The translations under genes were made by a program, and so were the position numbers. From the NCBI RefSeq assembly GCF_009914755.1, contig NC_060925.1: DNA of 64,000 nucleotides. One strand, given 5' to 3'. The DNA comes from the human T2T-CHM13v2.0 reference genome, Homo sapiens. The notes beneath the pieces are model-generated. The model was not told where the DNA came from, ran no database searches, and worked only from the letters and a program-made list of their open reading frames with translations. Below are positions 56,601 through 64,000 of the stretch, one piece after another. Every line of letters begins with the position of its first letter. Within the stretch, counting starts at the first letter, position 1.

Positions 56601-58994
56601 ATCGAATGGATTCGAATGGAATCATCGAATAAAATTGATTGAAATCATCATCCAATGGAATCGAATGGTATCATTGAATGGAATCGAATGGAATCATCAT
56701 CAGATGGAAATGAATGGAATCGTCATAGAATGGAATCGAATGGATTCATTGAATGGAATCAGATGGAATCATCGAATGGACTGGAATGGAATCATTGAAT
56801 GGACTCGAAAGGGATCATGATTGAATGGAATTGAATGGAATCATCGAATGGTCTCGATTGGAATCATTATCAAATGGAATCGAATGGAATCACCGAATAG
56901 AATCGAATGGAACAATCATCGAATGGACTCAAATGGAATTATCCTCCAATGGAATCGAATGGAATTATCGAATGCAATCGAATGGAATTATCGAATGCAA
57001 TCGAATAGAATAATCGAATGGACTCGAATGGAATCATCGAATGGAATGGAATGGAACAGTCAATGAACTCGAATGGAATCATCATTGAATGGAATCGAAT
57101 GGAATCATCGAGTGGAATCGAATGGAATTATGATCAAATGGAATCGAATGTAATCATCATCAAATGGAATCAAAAATAACCATCATCAATTGGTATTGAA
57201 TGGAATTGTCATCAAATGGAATTCAAAGGAATCATCATCAAATGGAACCGAATGGAATCCTCATTGAATGGAAATGAAAGGGGTCATCATCTAATGGAAT
57301 CGCATGGAATCATCATCAAATGGAATCGAATGGAATCATCATCAAATGGAATCTAATGGAATCATTGAACAGAATTGAATGGAATCGTCATCGAATGAAC
57401 TGAATGCAATCATCGAATGGTCTCGAATGGAATCATCTTCTAATGGAAAGGAATGGAATCATCGCATAGAATCGAATGGAATTATCATCGAATGGAATCG
57501 AATGGTATCAATACCAAACGGAAAAAAACGGAATTATCGAATAGATTCGAAGAGAATCTTCGAACGGACCCGAATGGAATCATCTAATGGAATGGAATGG
57601 AATAATCCATGGACTCGAATGCAATCATCATCGAATGGAATCAAATGGAATCATCGAATGGACTCGAATGGAATAATCATTGAACGGAATCGAATGGAAT
57701 CATCATCGGATGGAAATGAATGGAATCATCATCGAATGGAAATGAAAGGAGTCATCATCTAATGGAATTGCATGGAATCATCATAAAATGGAATCGAATG
57801 GAATCAACATCAAATGGAATCAAATGGAATCATTGAACGGAATTGAATGGAATCGTCATCGAATGTATTGACTGCAATCATCGAATGGTCTCGAATGGAA
57901 TCATCTTCAAATGGAATGGAATGGAATCATCGCATAGAATCGAATGGAATTATCATCGAATGGAATCGAATGGAATCAACATCCAACGGAAAAAAACGGA
58001 ATTATCGAATGGAATCGAAGAGAATCATCGAATGGACCCGAATGGAATCATCTAATGGAATGGAATGGAATAATCCATGGACTCGAATGCAATCATCATC
58101 GAATGGAATCGAATGGAATCATCGAATGGACTCGAATGGAATAATCATTGAACGGAATCGAATGGAATCATCATCGGATGGAAATGAATGGAATCATCAT
58201 CGAATGGAATCGAATAGAATTATGGAATGAAATCCAGTGTGATCATCATCGAATGGACCCGAATGGAATCATCATCCAACGGAAGCTAATGGAATCAACA
58301 TCGAATGAATCGAATGGAAACACCATCGAATTGAAACGAATGGAATTATCATGAAATTGAAATGGATGGACTCATCATCGAATGGATTCGAATGGAATCA
58401 TCGAATAAAATTGATTGAAATCATCATCCAATGGAATCGAATGGTATCATTGAATGGAATCGAATGGAATCATCATCAGATGGAAATGAATGGAATCGTC
58501 ATAGAATGGAATCGAATGGATTCATTGAATGGAATCAGATGGAATCATCGAATGGACTGGAATGGAATCATTGAATGGACTCGAAAGGGATCATGATTGA
58601 ATGGAATTGAATGGAATCATCGAATGGTCTCGATTGGAATCATTATCAAATGGAATCGAATGGAATCACCGAATAGAATCGAATGGAAAAATCATCGAAT
58701 GGACTCAAATGGAATTATCCTCAAATGGAATCGAATGGAATTATCGAATGCAATCGAATGGAATTATCGAATGCAATCGAATAGAATCATCGAAAGGACT
58801 CGAATGGAATCATCGAATGGAATGGAATGGAACAGTCAATGAACTCGAATGGAATCATCATTGAATGGAATCGAATGGAATCATCGAGTGGAATCGAATG
58901 GAATTATGATCAAATGGAATCGAATGTAATCATCATCAAATGGAATCAAAAATAACCATCATCAATTGGTATTGAATGGAATTGTCATCAAATG

Positions 58995-60775
58995 GAATTC
59001 AAAGGAATCATCATCAAATGGAACCGAATGGAATCCTCATTGAATGGAAATGAAAGGGGTCATCATCTAATGGAATCGCATGGAATCATCATCAAATGGA
59101 ATCGAATGGAATCATCATCAAATGGAATCTAATGGAATCATTGAACAGAATTGAATGGAATCGTCATCGAATGAATTGAATGCAATCATCGAATGGTCTC
59201 GAATGGAATCATCTTCTAATGGAAAGGAATGGAATCATCGCATAGAATCGAATGGAATTATCATCGAATGGAATCGAATGGTATCAACACCAAACGGAAA
59301 AAAACGGAATTATCGAATGGAATCGAAGAGAATCTTCGAACGGACCCGAATGGAATCATCTAATGGAATGGAATGGAATAATCCATGGACTCGAATGCAA
59401 TCATCATCGAATGGAATGGAATGGAATGGAATCATCGAATGGACTCGAATGGAATAATCATTGAACGGAATCGAATGGAATCATCATCGGATGGAAACGA
59501 ATGGAATCATCATCGAATGGAAATGAAAGGAGTCATCATCTAATGGAATTGCATGGAATCATCATAAAATGGAATCGAATGGAATCAACATCAAATGGAA
59601 TCAAATGGAATCATTGAACGGAATTGAATGGAATCGTCATCGAATGAATTGACTGCAATCATCGAATGGTCTCGAATGGAATCATCTTCAAATGGAATGG
59701 AATGGAATCATCGCATAGAATCGAATGGAATTATCATCGAATGGAATCGAATGGAATCAACATCAAACGGAAAAAAACGGAATTATCGAATGGAATCGAA
59801 GAGAATCATCGAATGGACCCGAATGGAATCATCTAATGGAATGGAATGGAATAATCCATGGACTCGAATGCAATCATCATCGAATGGAATCGAATGGAAT
59901 CATCGAATGGACTCGAATGGAATAATCATTGAACGGAATCGAATGGAATCATCATCGGATGGAAATGAATGGAATCATCATCGAATGGAATCGAATAGAA
60001 ATATGGAATGAAATCCAGTGTGATCATCATCGAATGGACCCGAATGGAATCATCATCCAACGGAAGCTAATGGAATCAACATCGAATGAATCGAATGGAA
60101 ACACCATCGAATTGAAACGAATGGAATTATCATGAAATTGAAATGGATGGACTCATCATCGAATGGATTCGAATGGAATCATCGAATAAAATTGATTGAA
60201 ATCATCATCGAATGGAATCGAATGGTATCATTGAATGGAATCGAATGGAATCATCATCAGATGGAAATGAATGGAATCGTCATAGAATGGAATCGAATGG
60301 ATTCATTGAATGGAATCAGATGGAATCATCGAATGGACTGGAATGGAATCATTGAATGGACTCGAAAGGGATCATTATTGAATGGAATTGAATGGAATCA
60401 TCGAATGGTCTCGATTGGAATCATTATCAAATGGAATCGAATGGAATCACCGAATAGAATCGAATGGAACAATCATCGAATGGACTCAAATGGAATTATC
60501 CTCCAATGGAATCGAATGGAATTATCGAATGCAATCGAATGGAATTATCGAATGCAATCGAATAGAATCATCGAATGGACTCGAATGGAATCATCGAATG
60601 GAATGGAATGGAACAGTCAATGAACTCGAATGGAATCATCATTGAATGGAATCGAATGGAATCATCGAGTGGAATCGAATGGAATTATGATCAAATGGAA
60701 TCGAATGTAATCATCATCAAATGGAATCAAAAATAACCATCATCAATTGGTATTGAATGGAATTGTCATCAAATG
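58995..60775 (+). repeat. 1,781-bp variant unit (one extra GAATG pentamer)
   Basis: (GAATG)4 at 59409-59428 versus (GAATG)3 at the same position in the next unit. Confidence 0.9.
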
Positions 60776-63700
60776 GAATTCAAAGGAATCATCATCAAAT
60801 GGAACCGAATGGAATCCTCATTGAATGGAAATGAAAGGGGTCATCATCTAATGGAATCGCATGGAATCATCATCAAATGGAATCGAATGGAATCATCATC
60901 AAATGGAATCTAATGGAATCATTGAACAGAATTGAATGGAATCGTCATCGAATGAATTGAATGCAATCATCGAATGGTCTCGAATGGAATCATCTTCTAA
61001 TGGAAAGGAATGGAATCATCGCATAGAATCGAATGGAATTATCATCGAATGGAATCGAATGGTATCAACACCAAACGGAAAAAAACGGAATTATCGAATG
61101 GAATCGAAGAGAATCTTCGAACGGACCCGAATGGAATCATCTAATGGAATGGAATGGAATAATCCATGGACTCGAATGCAATCATCATCGAATGGAATGG
61201 AATGGAATCATCGAATGGACTCGAATGGAATAATCATTGAACGGAATCGAATGGAATCATCATCGGATGGAAACGAATGGAATCATCATCGAATGGAAAT
61301 GAAAGGAGTCATCATCTAATGGAATTGCATGGAATCATCATCAAATGGAATCGAATGGAATCAACATCAAATGGAATCAAATGGAATCATTGAACGGAAT
61401 TGAATGGAATCGTCATCGAATGAATTGACTGCAATCATCGAATGGTCTCGAATGGAATCATCTTCAAATGGAATGGAATGGAATCATCGCATAGAATCGA
61501 ATGGAATTATCATCGAATGGAATCGAATGGAATCAACATCAAACGGAAAAAAACGGAATTATCGAATGGAATCGAAGAGAATCATCGAATGGACCCGAAT
61601 GGAATCATCTAATGGAATGGAATGGAATAATCCATGGACTCGAATGCAATCATCATCGAATGGAATCGAATGGAATCATCGAATGGACTCGAATGGAATA
61701 ATCATTGAACGGAATCGAATGGAATCATCATCGGATGGAAATGAATGGAATCATCATCGAATGGAATCGAATAGAATTATGGAATGAAATCCAGTGTGAT
61801 CATCATCGAATGGACCCGAATGGAATCATCATCCAACGGAAGCTAATGGAATCAACATCGAATGAATCGAATGGAAACACCATCGAATTGAAACGAATGG
61901 AATTATCATGAAATTGAAATGGATGGACTCATCATCGAATGGATTCGAATGGAATCATCGAATAAAATTGATTGAAATCATCATCCAATGGAATCGAATG
62001 GTATCATTGAATGGAATCGAATGGAATCATCATCAGATGGAAATGAATGGAATCGTCATAGAATGGAATCGAATGGATTCATTGAATGGAATCAGATGGA
62101 ATCATCGAATGGACTGGAATGGAATCATTGAATGGACTCGAAAGGGATCATTATTGAATGGAATTGAATGGAATCATCGAATGGTCTCGATTGGAATCAT
62201 TATCAAATGGAATCGAATGGAATCACCGAATAGAATCGAATGGAACAATCATCGAATGGACTCAAATGGAATTATCCTCCAATGGAATCGAATGGAATTA
62301 TCGAATGCAATCGAATGGAATTATCGAATGCAATCGAATAGAATCATCGAATGGACTCGAATGGAATCATCGAATGGAATGGAATGGAACAGTCAATGAA
62401 CTCGAATGGAATCATCATTGAATGGAATCGAATGGAATCATCGAGTGGAATCGAATGGAATTATGATCAAATGGAATCGAATGTAATCCTCATCAAATGG
62501 AATCAAAAATAACCATCATCAATTGGTATTGAATGGAATTGTCATCAAATGGAATTCAAAGGAATCATCATCAAATGGAACCGAATGGAATCCTCATTGA
62601 ATGGAAATGAAAGGGGTCATCATCTAATGGAATCGCATGGAATCATCATCAAATGGAATCGAATGGAATCATCATCAAATGGAATCTAATGGAATCATTG
62701 AACAGAATTGAATGGAATCGTCATCGAATGAATTGAATGCAATCATCGAGTGGTCTCGAATGGAATCATCTTCTAATGGAAAGGAATGGAATCATCGCAT
62801 AGAATCGAATGGAATTATCATCGAATGGAATCGAATGGTATCAACACCAAACGGAAAAAAACGGAATTATCGAATGGAATCGAAGAGAATCTTCGAACGG
62901 ACCCGAATGGAATCATCTAATGGAATGGAATGGAATAATCCATGGACTCGAATGCAATCATCATCGAATGGAATCGAATGGAATCATCGAATGGACTCGA
63001 ATGGAATAATCATTGAACGGAATCGAATGGAATCATCATCGGATGGAAACGAATGGAATCATCATCGAATGGAAATGAAAGGAGTCATCATCTAATGGAA
63101 TTGCATGGAATCATCATCAAATGGAATCGAATGGAATCAACATCAAATGGAATCAAATGGAATCATTGAACGGAATTGAATGGAATCGTCATCGAATGAA
63201 TTGACTGCAATCATCGAATGGTCTCGAATGGAATCATCTTCAAATGGAATGGAATGGAATCATCGCATAGAATCGAATGGAATTATCATCGAATAGAATC
63301 GAATGGAATCAACATCAAACGGAAAAAAACAGAATTATCGTATGGAATCGAAGAGAATCATCGAATGGACCCGAATGGAATCATCTAATGGAATGGAATG
63401 GAATAATCCATGGACTCGAATGCAATCATCATCGAATGGAATCGAATGGAATCATCGAATGGACTCGAATGGAATAATCATTGAACGGAATCGAATGGAA
63501 TCATCATCGGATGGAAATGAATGGAATCATCATCGAATGGAATCGAATAGAATTATGGAATGAAATCCAGTGTGATCATCATCGAATGGACCCGAATGGA
63601 ATCATCATCCAACGGAAGCTAATGGAATCAACATCGAATGAATCGAATGGAAACACCATCGAATTGAAACGAATGGAATTATCATGAAATTGAAATGGAT

Positions 63701-64000
63701 GGACTCATCATCGAATGGATTCGAATGGAATCATCGAATAAAATTGATTGAAATCATCATCTAATGGAATCGAATGGTATCATTGAATGGAATCGAATGG
63801 AATCATCATCAGATGGAAATGAATGGAATCGTCATAGAATGGAATCGAGTGGATTCATTGAATGGAATCAGATGGAATCATCGAATGGACTGGAATGGAA
63901 TCATTGAATGGACTCGAAAGGGATCATTATTGAATGGAATTGAATGGAATCATCGAATGGTCTCGATTGGAATCATTATCAAATGGAATCGAATGGAATC

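Larger units (their letters stand above)
1..64000 (+). repeat. Human satellite II (HSat2/HSATII) tandem array, 1.77-kb-unit type typical of chr1q12 (HSat2A; D1Z1/pUC1.77-like)
   Basis: The entire window consists of GAATGGAATC(ATC)1-2GAATGGAATC-type monomers with abundant TCGA (reverse complement CATTCGATTCCATTCGATGAT, the HSat2 signature). The period is 1,776 bp with one GAATTC per unit. The family call is direct from sequence. The chr1 and subfamily assignment comes from recalled knowledge of the 1.77-kb EcoRI unit and is less certain (about 0.85). Confidence 0.98.

Noticed and set aside
195-63687. Numerous short + strand ORFs (61-201 aa; MESSSNE..., MELSSNG..., MKLKWMD...)
   Set aside because: They are translations of GAATGGAATC repeats (ATG-rich, stop-poor strand), overlap in several frames, show no domain-like content, and gain stops and frameshifts freely between units.
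1-64000. CRISPR-like regular short repeats
   Set aside because: There are no unique spacers, no leader and no cas genes. The intervening sequence is itself degenerate repeat.
1-64000. Inversions or Alu/L1/other insertions within the array
   Set aside because: None seen. GGAAT stays on the + strand throughout, and every EcoRI interval is accounted for by satellite sequence.
1-64000. HSat3 call or HSF1 heat-shock-element array
   Set aside because: Pure (GGAAT)n runs are at most 3-4 copies and ATCATCGAATG monomers dominate, which indicates HSat2. The GAA motifs are direct repeats, not the inverted nGAAnnTTCn arrangement.

Overview
The whole window is one uninterrupted, single-orientation array of human satellite II (HSat2/HSATII). 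It is built from degenerate GGAAT-derived 23- and 26-bp monomers nested in a 1,776-bp tandem unit with one EcoRI site per unit, which matches the 1.77-kb satellite of chromosome 1q12 pericentromeric heterochromatin. There are 36 complete EcoRI-defined units: 27 of 1,776 bp and 9 length variants (1,750 x2, 1,767, 1,919 x2, 1,308 x2, 1,063, 1,781). Each standard unit is A(468)+B(468)+C(840), where A and B are diverged tandem copies. I see no genes, RNA genes, transposons or CRISPR arrays. The listed ORFs are satellite translation artefacts, and I found no new protein-coding system. The interesting content is structural: a much more diverged segment with a 147-bp internal duplication, amplified in an apparently identical 3,695-bp duplication; two independent A/B fusion deletions; a 713-bp microhomology deletion; SNP-defined 7,104- and 3,552-bp higher-order repeats; haplotype domains; and about two DUX4-consensus motifs per unit. 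All comparisons were made by eye. Units are numbered U1-U37 from the EcoRI site at 35.
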